NCBI GenBank assembly: GCA_032718475.1
Contig: JAUCBJ010002698.1
Coordinates: 1,708 to 65,707 of the forward strand
DNA length: 64,000 bases
DNA from: Nemertoderma westbladi
Lineage: Eukaryota > Animalia > Xenacoelomorpha
Reading direction: 5' to 3'
The notes beneath the pieces were generated by a model, which did not search any database, was not told where the DNA came from, and was given only the letters and a program-made list of their open reading frames with translations. How positions within the stretch are numbered: the first letter of the stretch is position 1; each line of letters begins with the position of its first letter. Of the stretch, positions 38,795 through 51,888 are shown in pieces. The translations under genes and the position numbers were made by a program.

Positions 38795-41062
38795 TACTAC
38801 TACTAGGATCGGCATGCTGCATTGCAGCTGCATTTTTAAGAATGCTGTGCCGGCTTGTCAACAAAATTGCACCGCCACAACTCCCTATCACCCATGACAT
38901 TTGCTAGATTTGCTAGATTTAAGGCCAGTGTCCTTTAAAATGCGTCTCAAGAAAGTCATGGGCTGTCCACCATGCTTATTCACTCCATGAGGCTGCCAAA
39001 GTACAAGATTATGCACTGGCTGGTCCTCACGGCGAAAGCAATGTCCTGAAAAGCGGAGGCGATTTTGTTCTAGTGTCAAGCTTGGGGGAATCAATGAGAC
39101 ACCTCCAATGTTATATAGTGTCTGGTTGGAGATGTGTGCATTGTACTTGACACAATGTACCCGGCGTAGCATTCTTGTGAATGTGCCATCCAGAGATTTG
39201 GTGTCCTCAGCAGTTAGAGCCCAGCATGGACTCCCGTAGAGGAGTACTGGAACTACTGCTGCTCTGAATAATCGGACCTTAAGTTTCCGATTAATTCTAG
39301 GTGACTTCCAAATCCTGGAAAGCCTATTCAAGGCTGCCCATGCCTTTCCCTTACGTATTCGAAGGTCCTCACCTGACTTCCGGATCCATGATCCCAGGTA
39401 ACAGAAGTCGTCCACATGCTCAAGCATACCATCCTTTGAGCTTATGCTCATCCGATCAGAGACTTGCTGAGGACTTTCAAAGTTAACTGTCAGAATTTTG
39501 GTCTTTCTGGAGTTAATAAAAAGACCAACACTAGAAGCAGCATGTTCTAATGAGCTGAGGAGCCGCTGGGCTCCCTCTAATGATTCTGAGAGTACTCCTA
39601 AGTCATCAGCAAAGTCTAGATCAGTTAGGTACTTGGCAGGATTTCCTCGACTTCTGGAGCCAGTAGGTGGAGTTATCATCACCCCATCATCATTATGATG
39701 ATCTAAGGACATGCGTAGAACATAGTCAACCACAATAATGAACAAGAATGGTGCAAGTGTGTCTCCTTGGAGGACGCCCCATAACACCTCAAATGGTTCT
39801 GTGTCACCATCAACAGTAGACACAAATGTTGTCGAACCATCGTATACTGATCTGATTGCTGCAATAATTTCATCAGGAATCCCATATAATGAAAGTATGC
39901 TGAACATACGTGAGCGAGAGACTGAATCAAAGGTCTTGAAGAAGTCAACAAAGATAACAGCCAGATGCCTGTCTTTCTTTTTTGATAACTCTTCAATTAT
40001 CCTTCTAAGTGCCAAAATGGGCTCCATGGTCCCACGACCTTTACGGTACCCATTCTGATTTCCACGTAGCAGTCTCTCAATGGGATCCCTGATGCGATTT
40101 AATAGAATTCTATTGTATAGTTTTGCAGCAATCGAGATCAATGAGATTCCCCGAAAAGAACCATAGAGTGTTAGGTTGCCCTTCTTGGGAACTGGCACCA
40201 ACTTATTGGTTTTCATTTCTTGTGGGACTCTTGTTGTACGGTACATGTCTACTATGATGGGATAGATGAGCTTTAAACACTCAGGTATTTTAAAGACCTC
40301 AGGGGGAACACCATCTACTCCACTGGCACGATTGGTCTTAATGCTCTTTGCAGCAGCCTTCACTTCTGCAAAGGAGATATCGCCAATGGGAATATCTGGG
40401 AGTACAGACTCAGACACTTTTACTTCTATAAAGTTATCAGGCAATACCCTGTCATTATTGAGGAGCTTTTCAAAGTGGGCTTTCCAACCATTGAGGCGAT
40501 CGGCTGGTGATTCAGCCTTAACCTTGGTGGTTGGTTGGCTTTTCCGCCCAGTAAGCAGATTGATCGATTTCCATGCCTGGGATGATTGCCTGCTGTCGTC
40601 AGCATCATTGATGGCATCAACCTGTTGGTTTATTAGCTCCTGTAGATTAACAGAGTACTGCCTGTTCAGGGACCTAGAAGCAGCTTTAACTGCATTCTTG
40701 GCCGCTGTAGTCTGTTTGAGTCGGGACTCTTTCTGCGCCTTATGAAGGTCATTTCGGCACTTCTGAATTTTGTTGTCAGTCCAGGGGGCCCTTTTCCTGT
40801 TTCGAGGGTATACAGGAACTGTTTCTGCAGCTGCTAACTTAACTGCTTCTGTAAAGGCAGTATAGCCCTCACAGTGATCTGCCGCCTCAGAGGCAAGAGC
40901 CTCATACCTGTTGCTCAGCTGTAGTGTGAAGCTGGATCTCACACTTGGCTGTTGCAACAGAGAGGACCAGTCATGCCGTGGCAAGGCAGATTTCGTTGTT
41001 CTGCTAGCACGCAGACTAAGTCTTACCTTGGCCACAATAAGGCGGTGATCACTGGAGAAGGG
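38795..41062 (-). mobile_element. RTE family A, 5'-truncated copy inserted in BEL 2 pol
   Basis: ORF with SDH, QGDTLAP and FADD motifs; (TAG)n tail. 7-bp TSD TCGTCCC at 38788-38794 and 41063-41069 restores BEL ...DLEWDEPISP. Confidence 0.95.
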
Positions 41063-44000
41063 TCGTCCCACTCTAGGTCGGACAACCAAATTTTCCTGAT
41101 ACATACTCGTGCCTGTAATATTACCAGGCTGATAAAGTTCATCGGGTCGAATAGTCTACTCATTGTGGATAAGCAGATTATCTTTGTCAAAACTTTGTCT
41201 GGACTACTGGGCTCAAACCTAACTCTCACCTGAAACTTGTCTGTGTTCGGGTTCCAAGCGAGTCCCAGTACTCGCGCCATGGGGATGGGTTCTACACCCA
41301 ATTCAATGTCTCCGCTCCCGCAATCTTTCACTGGGAATGACTCTAATAGGACCTCTGAGTTGGTAGTAAACTTGGTCAGAGGAAAACCCCCTGTAGCCAA
41401 GCACTCCTGTAGGCCGTAAGCCACTTCTATGGCTTGTTCCGCTGTGTCCTTGGACACCAATCCGTCGTCCATATAGAAATTTCTCAAGATGGACTCGATA
41501 ACATCTACTGGATACTTACCAATCTGGGCCGTTGCCGTTTTCTTTAGAACAAACAGCGTGCCGTTGGGACTATCGCGGGCACCGAATATCCTGACATACA
41601 TCTGGTATGTAACCACTGGGCTGGATAGGTCTTCATTCTCGTACCAGAGAAATCTGAGACTATCCTGGTCTGCCTTGCAGGCTCTTACCTGGTGGAACAT
41701 CGCCTCGATGTTGCAAGTAAACGTGAATCGCAGCTGTCTAAAGTGCAACAGTATTCCTATCAAATAGTTATTCAAGTTGGGACCATCCATCAACTCTGAG
41801 TTCAGGGACATACCTCTATAGACTGCTGCACAGTCGTTGACTACTCGGACCTTGTCTGGTTTGTCAGGGTGAGTCACATAGTGGTGTGGAAGGTAATAAG
41901 TCTGGTCCGTCACTAAGTCCGGGTCCTCTACCTTCCCAGCAAATCCCCTTGCGAAATAGTTGTTTATCTGGGAGCATTACTTCTCCCTAACGTCTGGATT
42001 CTTCAGCAACCGAGCCCTTACTCCGTTTAATCTTTTCAAGGCTAAGTTGTAGTTGTTCTCCAACTTAGGAGGTTGTCGACGCCACAACATTCCAACTTCA
42101 AAATGTCCTGTCGGTAGCAGACGTATGGTATCTTCCATCATCTCAAGCGACCGTTTCTCATCAGTAGACATGGTTAGGTCATATCCACCGGGTTCCATTG
42201 CATCCCTATCCAGCCATTCGACGGTTCTAGCTCCTGTCTCGAGGTCCTGGCGTATCAACTCCTTCTGCAATTCCTCCTCACTGTATTGGAAAATGTCGAG
42301 GTCTCGATATCTAGCCACTTGACCCTCCACTATATCAGTATAAGTCAAAACGTTACTCAAATAGGTAGTGTGGGCCGCTGAACCAGGTTCACTATCTGTT
42401 CGGTCGTTATAGAGTGGTTCTGACAATCTAACTTTATCGGGAATCAACTCCTCGTCCGACTCGCTAACGTCACTATAGTGGTCAATACAGGTTCTCCTAA
42501 ACTCGTCTATGTCTGGTGGTTCTACTAACGGTGGTTGAATTATAGGCTGTAATCCGTCGTGTCTATCCTTTGGCTTGTCGCCACCTGTAAACTCATAAGA
42601 CATGGGTACTCGTGTATACCAACCTAATATAGTCCTATGGGCATGTGGTCCATTTACATGCGGCTCAGCTGGTCTCGTTTCCCATATTTGCTGTGCGATC
42701 AGCTGTTGTGCACCAATCAACATAGATACATTCCTATAACCTACCTGGTGTCTCGGTACTCTGAGCTTGTCAAAATACTCCTGTGCTATGGGACTCATCG
42801 GTGGCACCTTACCTAACTGCCTACCGAACCCTTTCATAGCTAGACACTTGAATCAGTCTAATGGCAATGCTCTCCGTTCTTGTCGAGTGTGCTGGTCTCT
42901 TGGGAGTAGGGAGTCTAGTTCAACCGAAATATTGTGTCCCTTGAGGTCCCCTACCCCGTGCATGGACTTTAACTCTATTTAGATCTCATCTGCTTCCTGG
43001 AAGCTAGAAATGGCTCTCGCCACTTCCTCGTCGATACAAGATAATGTGGATGCAGTGTCCAACATCACATATATTCTATTCTATCCCTTGTCTCCAGTAA
43101 GTTTCACCGGAATCACGCTGAATATTTCCGACGTGGCTGATGACAAATACGTCCGCGCGCTGGTCGATGAACTATCCGCGGTGAAACCTTGGCAGGTCAC
43201 TTCTCTCGCGCTCGCCTCGCATCCTCGTCTGACGAACCTGGTTGATACCCATCGTCCTGGATGCCGGTGTACATATTTCTTCTTATCGATATGGGTTCTC
43301 TGCTCCCCTTCCTTTGAGGATTTCTCTGTAGGTAACAGTCCGTTGGGGTATGGAAATCTGCATGTAGCAACTTGTGATGTAGTCTGCCGCATTCCATGCA
43401 TCTGTCCTTACTGTTCGGGCACTGCCGTCGTACATGACCTGGCGCAAGACATGCCCAACAGGTGTCCAATGTCCGCACTTGAACTCTTCTCTGTTCCGAA
43501 GTTAATTCTTTGAACCGTCTGCAACTGTCTAACTTATGGTCGTCAGATCTTACCTCCTTCAGTAAACAGAATTGGCAACCTACAAATCCAACCGGTAACT
43601 CCTGTTGCTTTAACTTAGGTCTATCTGACCGCTCACCTGACCATACTCGCGAGTCTGATTTAAAGGCAGGGGTACTCGAATTATATCTGTCTACTGAGTT
43701 AAAAGTCACAGTGGTCCTCTCATCGTCAAAACTTACCAATGACTTACCGGTAACAGTTTTTTTTAGACTCTCGCACATTCTCCTCTGAGAAGTTTGATTT
43801 CCTCTCTGCTACCGCATCTGTGGCTATCATGTCATGGATGTGTTGAAGTGTTAACAACTTACCTTGACCCTCTAACTTATTCTCTAATTTGCGCCATTTC
43901 TGTCGGTAACGCATGTTTAAACGTCTTATTATGCTCTTTAAAACTTTGGCGTGATCACCATGATGAGGTAGATTCACCGTCCTCAAGATGTCTAATGTGT

Positions 44001-46735
44001 TCGAAATAGTGTTCGCTAAGTTCAACAGCTCTAACGGAGTTGTAATCCTTCCGCCCTTACCCAAGTCTTCCACTATTGACTGTGCCATCTTGGTTTTATT
44101 CCTGTAGATGTCGCTAAGCGTCTTCATTGCTAACTCAAATGCTCTTTCATTGCCGACGAAGTTGTCAGCAATGGCTCTAGGTTCTCGATGGAGCATCTGA
44201 AGCAGATAGTTGAACTTCTCATTGGGAGTAAAGGTGTTGTTGGTCAGCTGTTCGTCAACATAGGTTTTGAACGTCCTCCAATGTCTATGGTTACCCATAA
44301 ACTTCTGGGGTTGTTGCGTCGGCAGTCCTTGCCTAGCGGCAAACTTACCTATGTCTCTAAGGGTTGCGTCGTTCCGGGTTAACAAATTGTTTAGTTCTGC
44401 AGGGTTATTAAGTCTGGTCCTTTCCCGGGGATGCAAACTTACCTGCTCCGCGTCGGTCCTTCTTTCCTTACGGTTTTGGGACTTCTGACGTCTCATGTCT
44501 TCCTCTTCATCGCTTGAGTCTATGTCAGTCCTCAGCGCTCGCGTTGGTTTGCATGCCGAAGCCCTGACCCAGGCTTCTTGTATAAACCTTTCCGCCGAAT
44601 TCTCAAAATTGGGATTATAAATCGTAGGGACAGGCGTTCTTACCTGAGTTCTATGTGGTATAGTTGCCTCCGATATGCGTACTCGTTGACTAGGTTGGAC
44701 TTTATCTAACTCAGGCCTGCTAGGATTTGAATTACTTCTTACCTGGGCTGCTTCCTTTAACTGTAGGTTACTAAGCATGTCCGTCATAGGTTGGATGTGC
44801 GGCGATATAGCTTGCGATATAGCTTGCGCTAAACTAGCACTTAACTCATCCCTCGTAATAAATTCCTGTCTAGGGTTCTGCTGTATAGTCGGCTCTATCT
44901 GAGTAATCTGCTGTCTCTCATATGATCCCTCTTCCGGTTTAACCCGGAAGTTCTCCGTCGAACTGGGTCGGCGCTCCGTACACGTATTCCAAACCCGCGG
45001 GTTCGGTTCGCCCAATACTCGGCCCGTCTGAGCTTCTCCTCTAAACTCTTCTTCCTCTCGTTCGGTATGTAGTGGTGCGGTGTCCGAATGCCGCGGATCC
45101 TGCGCAATGGGTGAAGCACTAATTCCAACTGGCGTGCGATATGTAGAGAACGGTTTAGGGATCCGAGTACTCGTAATAGCTGGACCGGGTATAGGTATTC
45201 TGGTCGTCGTCGACTCGCATATAGTCGGAGTTCTCGCTTCCTGTTCAGCCTTCTGCAGTGCGAACAGTTCTCACAACTCGGTACCTACACTCGCCCCACA
45301 TTCTTCGATCATTCGCATCCCCTTCTCGGTGATTTAATTCGCCTTCCTGGTCCGTTCTTCGCTCTCTAGGTTTAGTCTCGCACTTTCCAACTGCGCCAAC
45401 TTACGTTGTTCTTCTTCCCTTGCGAGTCGTGCTACACTCTCTTCTTCCACGCGCGCCTTCTCTTCATACAATGCGCGTCTCGTTCTTTACGCTCGTGTTC
45501 GAGTTGAAGTTCGTATTCCTTTTGTTCACGTTCCTTGCACTCGCGCTCGAGTTGAAGTTCGAGTTCCTTGCGCTTGCGTTCCGCTTGCTCACGCTTACTT
45601 ATTTCCTCCAACTCTCGCAACTTTGCATCTAACTTACGTGTGCGCTTCCATTCCCGTTCGGCTTCCTTCCGTGCCTCCGATGCACGCAAAACTTCTGCCT
45701 GTTGTTCATCTAGTCGGCGTCTTCTCTCCTCCGCCGAGTTGTGAGAAACGAGGGATCTAGCGCATATAACTTTCCCTCGCGCGTGACTAACCTGAGAATC
45801 GACACTGTCTCTGGATGCGTCGTTGGGTGGAGTTAACATCCTCTGTTGGATGTTGTCCATCGTTGGTAGCACCTGGCCTGGTACCACCACTCCACTCTGC
45901 ATCAGCCAGCTGGTAACTTCCCTCTAATACCGGCACTCTTCTTTATCTTGGTTTTCTTCCTGCTCCACTAAGTTCCTCGACTCTGCGTCACTCACCTGAG
46001 TCACCTGCGCTTGTGATGCCCATAGCAACCAGTTCTCCGTCCTAACTCGTCGAAATCGCTCCGATAACGCGCGGTGCTCTAACAAGGCTGCTAAAACCCT
46101 GTCGTAAACCCTCGTCGCCACGTCGCTCAACTGAGACTCCACTGCTCTCTTCGCTAGGACTGCAAGCTCCTCTGCCTGTTTGAATAACGCTGAGTTGTAT
46201 CCCTTTCTAATCTCTACTAACCCTTCCCTTCGGATGTTACCTGTGTCGGCTAGCATCTTCCTTACCTTATCCGCCGTCCGGGGTATATGTCCGGCATGCG
46301 TGCGAAATTTCTTCTTTATCGCGATGTCTAGTTCTCTCTCGCTTACCTGACTCACACTCGGTGGACTTGAAGGATTATTTCGGGAACTACGGGTACTCCT
46401 TACAGCCGCTGGGGCCATGGCACTTGCCATACCCACAGGTCTGGAAACCGGGCTCTCGCTTCTGCTACACTACTCTCCCTATCACTCACCTCTGGCCGGG
46501 CTGCTATACAATCCTTCCTCACAGTAGTGGTAGGGGATCCTAATACTATTACTTGAGGTCCTTGCTCGTCCTCACTAGTTACTGTCTTGTCCTCCTGTTC
46601 ACTTACATCAGCGTCGCTCGCTGCGTCGTCATAGTCGGCATTGTCGTCGACAGTTATATTAATGCTATCGTCGGTCGGCGGTCCAGCCGCCGTCTCATAG
46701 CTGTCCTCTAGTGCCTCTTTCTCTGAGACACTCAT
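41063..46735 (-). pseudogene. BEL 2 gag-protease-RT
   Basis: DUF1759-like PQKFMGN...WRTF...EKFNYL. BEL triple Cys/His motif CQFC..H..C, CWAC..H..C, CMEC..HH..LH. Protease MLDTAS near 43060. RT YYLPHH, KVRVVND, GPNL, FYMDD. Multiple stops and frameshifts. Confidence 0.92.
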
Positions 46736-49552
46736 AGTCTAAATAATATTTTGCCTTCCGGCTAAAATCTCGCAAAAATTCGAGATATATATAATTTAAT
46801 CGAAAATACGGTTAAATTATTTGTCAAATAATTAGTTGGTCTCAAAATGTCAAATAAATTCACAATATAATATTGGGAATTTAATAGGATATAGTTATAG
46901 TAAATACCGGTATAATATTTAAACAAAATATTAATTCTATAGCTATTATATAGCATTTAAATACCGGTATGACACAAAATAATTTCTGAATCTAATTCAA
47001 AATATTCAAAAATGAACTTGCCACCCAAATATTTCTAATTTTATATATAGCGCTAATCGACGTAATTTTAATTTCAAATATTATATGTATCCACTAGCGC
47101 GTGGCTACACCTTCGGGTTGCGACACTCTCTCTCTCTCTCTAACTTGAGCAATTCAAAAAACCATGGCCGGCTAAACCTAACTATCCTAACTAATAAATT
47201 GAGTTCAGCTTCGCAGTTAAACAACCGGTATTTTTTTACTGCTTCCACAAATACAATGGTGCCAACAGAACAACTAACCTTGTTTGCTGTGAGATTCCAC
47301 GTCAGCGTCCAAAGTTTCAGGCTCTTCGCTGATTGCAAACCGAACCCGCAGACCCACACAAACCCCAAACTCAGAAGCTCCGTCTCGCCATGTATCTCCA
47401 GATGGTATAAAACAACTAAGTGGTTATCTAACATACTGGTACAAAACTGTAGATTTTATTATAAAATATTTTTGACCGAAACGAAATTTTCACAAACCTA
47501 GCTAAAATTTTCAAAAACTTACTAATTACAGTGTGCCCTAACGGCCTAATGAACTGCTGTATTTGCAATTAGTAAACGCACTACCGTACATCCACTGTAC
47601 GCAGTACGGTGAGTAAAATAGTACACCACCTAACAGCCTAATGAATACTGTATGTGGTACAGCAAAACAAATATCTTTTCTACCGTACGCAGTAACAGCA
47701 AATCAGCCTAATGCACTACTATACTACTGTATTGCGACTAATGAATACCGTACTCTAACTAACAGCCTAATGAATACACTCTATGTCTTACTGTACGCAG
47801 TAGGCCTACAGCAAAACAAAAGTCGTGATTTACTGTTAAACTAGCGACCCCATGCCTAACCAATAAGGACACAAAGACTGCTTTACTGTTAAACATGGGT
47901 GATCAGGAGCGTGCTATTACTACTGTAGGGATGCTAAATACAAAACCGCTACTTAACGTTGGATGGCGCTAACCTGCCGTCCGCTAATATATTTTACTAA
48001 TTTTCTACGGCTCCTGCAAATCGCTTGTTCCTTTCTCTACCGATCGCTCGATAGAGAGCTAACTGTTCGAATATATGAGCCACGCAGGATTAAGCAAAAC
48101 AATAAACCCGAATCGGCTCCCTAAGCTACTTAAAACGAGTGTGAGAGGCTTGACACTCAGAGTGTATTCTTATGGCCTAATCTTACTGCTAAAACGTGCT
48201 AATAAACGCGTTTTCTCTAATCGCAAATACTGGGGTTCCCTAACGGAATATGTGAATGTGAGAATATTTAAATAATCAAAAAATGGGGCATAATTTATCG
48301 GGGACTGATACCTACTATCAAATCATAAATCCGACCTTCTCACCAAAACAGTAAACTCTAAGTAAGCGAATATATTGCAGTATCGATCTCTTATAACCGG
48401 TGAGGCAGAAAACAGTCTACGAGCAGACAAACTTCGATAAAACAAAATCCCGCGCAGCGAATCCTAAAATCAGGCTGACTCACTGACGGACTAAGGGGCT
48501 CGTATACTTTCCCGCGGTGTGATTTATATGGTTGGGCGAAAGAGACGCTAGCTAGGTACAGAGGCAGAGATTTGGAGATGTCTAACTAGCGGGCAAAGCA
48601 CAGTACGGACAAAAGTTAATTTTATATATTTTGAGGTGTAAATAATTTCTAACGCGTGTGTGTTAATTCTGAACAGTCAAAAGCAGTTTTGCTCCTTCAC
48701 ATATATAATTACTGGGTACGGTGTGCATTTTACGAATATTCTAATTTTGTAACTTGTAGGTCCAATACTCACGAATGATAAGGTTCCTTCCTTCCCCTCT
48801 TGCGTATTTCCAGGACTCAAATTCAGGCATAAGGTTAATGCTACGCCCAGAATTCGGCAATTTTAAATTACCAGGCCCCTAATACTAAGAAGAAATCTGT
48901 TAGTTTACTACTGTAGGCGTACAGTTACTAATAGCTATCCTGGCTCTTATCTAGAATTTTAGTCACCTAGGTAGGCTGGGTAACTTCCTATCAGGACGTT
49001 GGCGGGGACACGGTAGATGTTAGTATATCCCTAATAGCCTCAATTTATTTGCGCTTAGTTGTAAACTGCCCTACCGCCTGAACGGTACAATCCCAATTCA
49101 GGTGAAACACAACAACCCTCCTAGCCTACAAGTTCTAATGCAATGGACACCGTTGTACTACAAATAGTCGCAAGCGCACCTGCACTTAGCAAGAGTTAGG
49201 CGTACAGTTTGCTGCACCCTACCAATGTGTATGCTTCGTACCGGTGTGCCTACGTCCTATCTGCGTACTAGTATCTGCCTGCGCTCTCCCCCCCCGTAGG
49301 AATGTGAAGGTCTACCGTGGTTTTCCTGAATCAAGACAGTACAGTCCCTAAGATGTAATTTTAGGCTCACAGCATGTCACTACTTCTACCTTTTGATCTT
49401 TTGGTCTTACACTTAGGTAGCAAGGCGTCGAACGCTGTCTAACCTTTCAGGCGATGGGCGAATAACTCAAGATGGTATTGCGGGTTGTCTCTTGTCTACA
49501 TTCCCGTGATGTTCCCGTTCATTGCTGCGGCCCGATCTCTAGCCGGCCATCC

Positions 49553-49910
49553 TGTTCCTAAGGTTGTTCACCGTAGTGAATCCATGGTGAAAAGAAAAGC
49601 AGATAGCGGTATTTCTGAATTTATTGCAGATAATAATACAAAATGTAATCTGAATACTAATGACAGAATAAACAAATATCAGATAACTCAGAGATACGAA
49701 TATAATATGAATTGCAATGAATAAAGATAGAATAATCTGACTAATGAACAAATCGCACCTTTATATAGCAAATTTGTGCTGCAATCAATCGAGAAAATTC
49801 TCGATTGTTCTATAGGTTCTAACAGGTTTTTAAAGATAGCTATTGGTCCAGCTAATATATAACTTGCACGACATTGGTTACAATCTAATAACTGCAGTCT
49901 CATTGGTACA
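49553..49910 (-). promoter_or_regulatory. Putative BEL 2 5'-LTR promoter, R and U5
   Basis: Three CCAAT boxes about 30 bp apart (49906, 49877, 49846), TATATAAA at 49767-49760, AATAAA at 49625-49620 and a ...GGAACA end at 49553, all oriented towards gag. Confidence 0.6.
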
Positions 49911-49982
49911 GACAAATGCAATTAATTTGTAGCGGTCAATTTAAATGAGTTGAAATTCTGCACAAAAAATAATTCGCACTTA

Positions 49983-50050
49983 CTAGGATTCGAACTCAAT
50001 ACCTACTACACATATAATTTCCAACGCTCTACCGACTGAGCTACTGAACC
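49983..50050 (-). ncRNA. tRNA-like Pol III A/B-box cassette (degenerate, not a functional tRNA)
   Basis: GGTTCAGTAGCTCAGTCGGTAGAGCG...GAGTTCGAATCCTAG. D-arm and B box are intact; the anticodon and acceptor stems do not pair. Confidence 0.6.
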
Positions 50051-50742
50051 ACTTGACCAATAGGCGTATAAATGATATAACAAATACAAATGAGGACTCA
50101 AAGTAATCTTTTACAAAGTTAATTCGAAATAAAATAAAATTTTGAAAATCCACGGCATTTAGAGAATATAATTCTATACCGCTCCATGAAAACAGGATAT
50201 TATCGTGCATAAAATATACGGTTTTCACCAATAATCAATCAAACTATAGAATACTTAGGGCGTACTTACGTATTTACAATTAAATTTCAAACAATACTTC
50301 CTTTCTACGTAATGATTCGATACAAAATAATTACAAATTCAAACTTTACGTAGTTAAGGCTTTACTGAGTAAGTACAATATAAATCTAAATTAAATTCAC
50401 CAATATAAATCTATTGCATCTCAATATTGCATAAATTCGAGTAATTACAAATACAAATAAATGAAAATGAGTCTTCCATCTACTCTTACTTTCTATTTCA
50501 CTGTAAATACAAATACTGCTTATAAGATATAAATTGCATAGTATTCGGAACAATATAAATTGCATAAGTTCGGAATAATCACAAATATAAAATATAAATT
50601 CTTACTAAATATAAATCTTGCTAAATATGAGTCTTTTCCAGAATACAAAACTTACTAATTAAATATAAAACATATAATTCAAAATAAATCACAAATTCAC
50701 AAGAAAGGCTCACGAGTCTTCCGTCCACCCTTGCCCTCCCTT

Positions 50743-51888
50743 TTATCGCTTAGTGGATCGAGCCCTGCCGCGTCCTCGAAAACTGCGCACAGGTGACTTT
50801 GCTCGCGATATGGGACTCGTGGGGCGAGTCACTGGTTTCGTTTGGACGTTGAGAGACGGTGCGACTATTTCCTCGCAAATTCGTCTATTTGGCATCCCAA
50901 AACCTCGACCGATTCCTCGTGACCGATCAGTTGTCACTACAGTTGGTAGAACGTCTGGGAACGCGCGAGAAGCGGACGACGCAGACCCAAGAGTAGCTTG
51001 CGCCCCCTGTTGATCAGCTGGTGTATGTCCCGATCCTCCTACTGGTTCTCTAGGAAGCGATACCGTATCCCGAGTAATTCGAATGGTCGGCTCAACTCCC
51101 TTGCGTTCTTCTATATTAATAGACTTCTTTAATTGTTGGCCCACTTTCTGGACCCGTATGATCCTACCCTGTCCGTCCTCCCGAGGGTGACGTGCAGACG
51201 GCGCAACCGGAGTGGCTGGTATATTTGTCGCCTCTAGGACCTCCTCTTCCTCGAATACGCTCGCTCGTATACGTTTATGGTAAAACGCGGCTCAGTACGC
51301 CCATGCGACGGTTAACCAAGCTCCTTTGTTCCGCTTTTCAGTTCGGAAACGATCGAATTCACCATACGTAATGCGGTTAACGACTTTCTGAAAATTCCAC
51401 GTGGTTTTGTTATCCGGGTGAATCTGTAGTAGATACTCGCGCACTACTCGGAATCCACTGTCGTGGGGCAAAATATCGACTACCTCGATAAGTTCGTCAT
51501 ATTGGGGCATAGCGGAGATGTATCCTTCCGACATCATCGTTTGGGGATTTACCGCCCAAAATCCAAGATGCGCTCTCATCGGAAACCGTCTTCTTTGTGC
51601 CGATACATGTTTGTCGGCTAAATCTTCCCACTCATCAAATAATTTCCTCACGAGTTTTACAGATTCGTGTTCATAAGGTATGTCTCTTAGTTGGCATTCA
51701 GATGCTCGATGTCCTTTTATATTGCAGTAAGTACATTGAGCCATAAATCTCCAGCAAGTATAAAAGGTATGAGACCCTTGATCCCCACACCATCCACAGA
51801 TTAGCTGAGTCGTAGTAATGTGCTTTCCACTGCACTTGGTCATATGATGTCCAGCGACGCCACATTTACCACACATCGTATTGGCAGG
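50743..51888 (-). pseudogene. Triple-zinc-knuckle orphan protein (5'-truncated, ~380 aa, one in-frame TGA)
   Basis: CGKCGVAGHHMTKC, CGWCGDQGSHTFYTC, CTYCNIKGHRASEC, then FDEWEDLAD...QRRR...LGFWAVN. ORFs 51292-52002 and 50743-51144 share a frame and are separated by only one stop. Confidence 0.75.

Noticed and set aside
37260-38900. 546-aa ORF as a single gene
   Set aside because: Chimera of the RTE tail, BEL 2 RNase H and BEL 3 integrase that happen to be in frame.
49983-50050. Functional tRNA gene (also 62931-63005 and 1670-1740)
   Set aside because: Acceptor and anticodon stems do not pair; these are tRNA-derived remnants.
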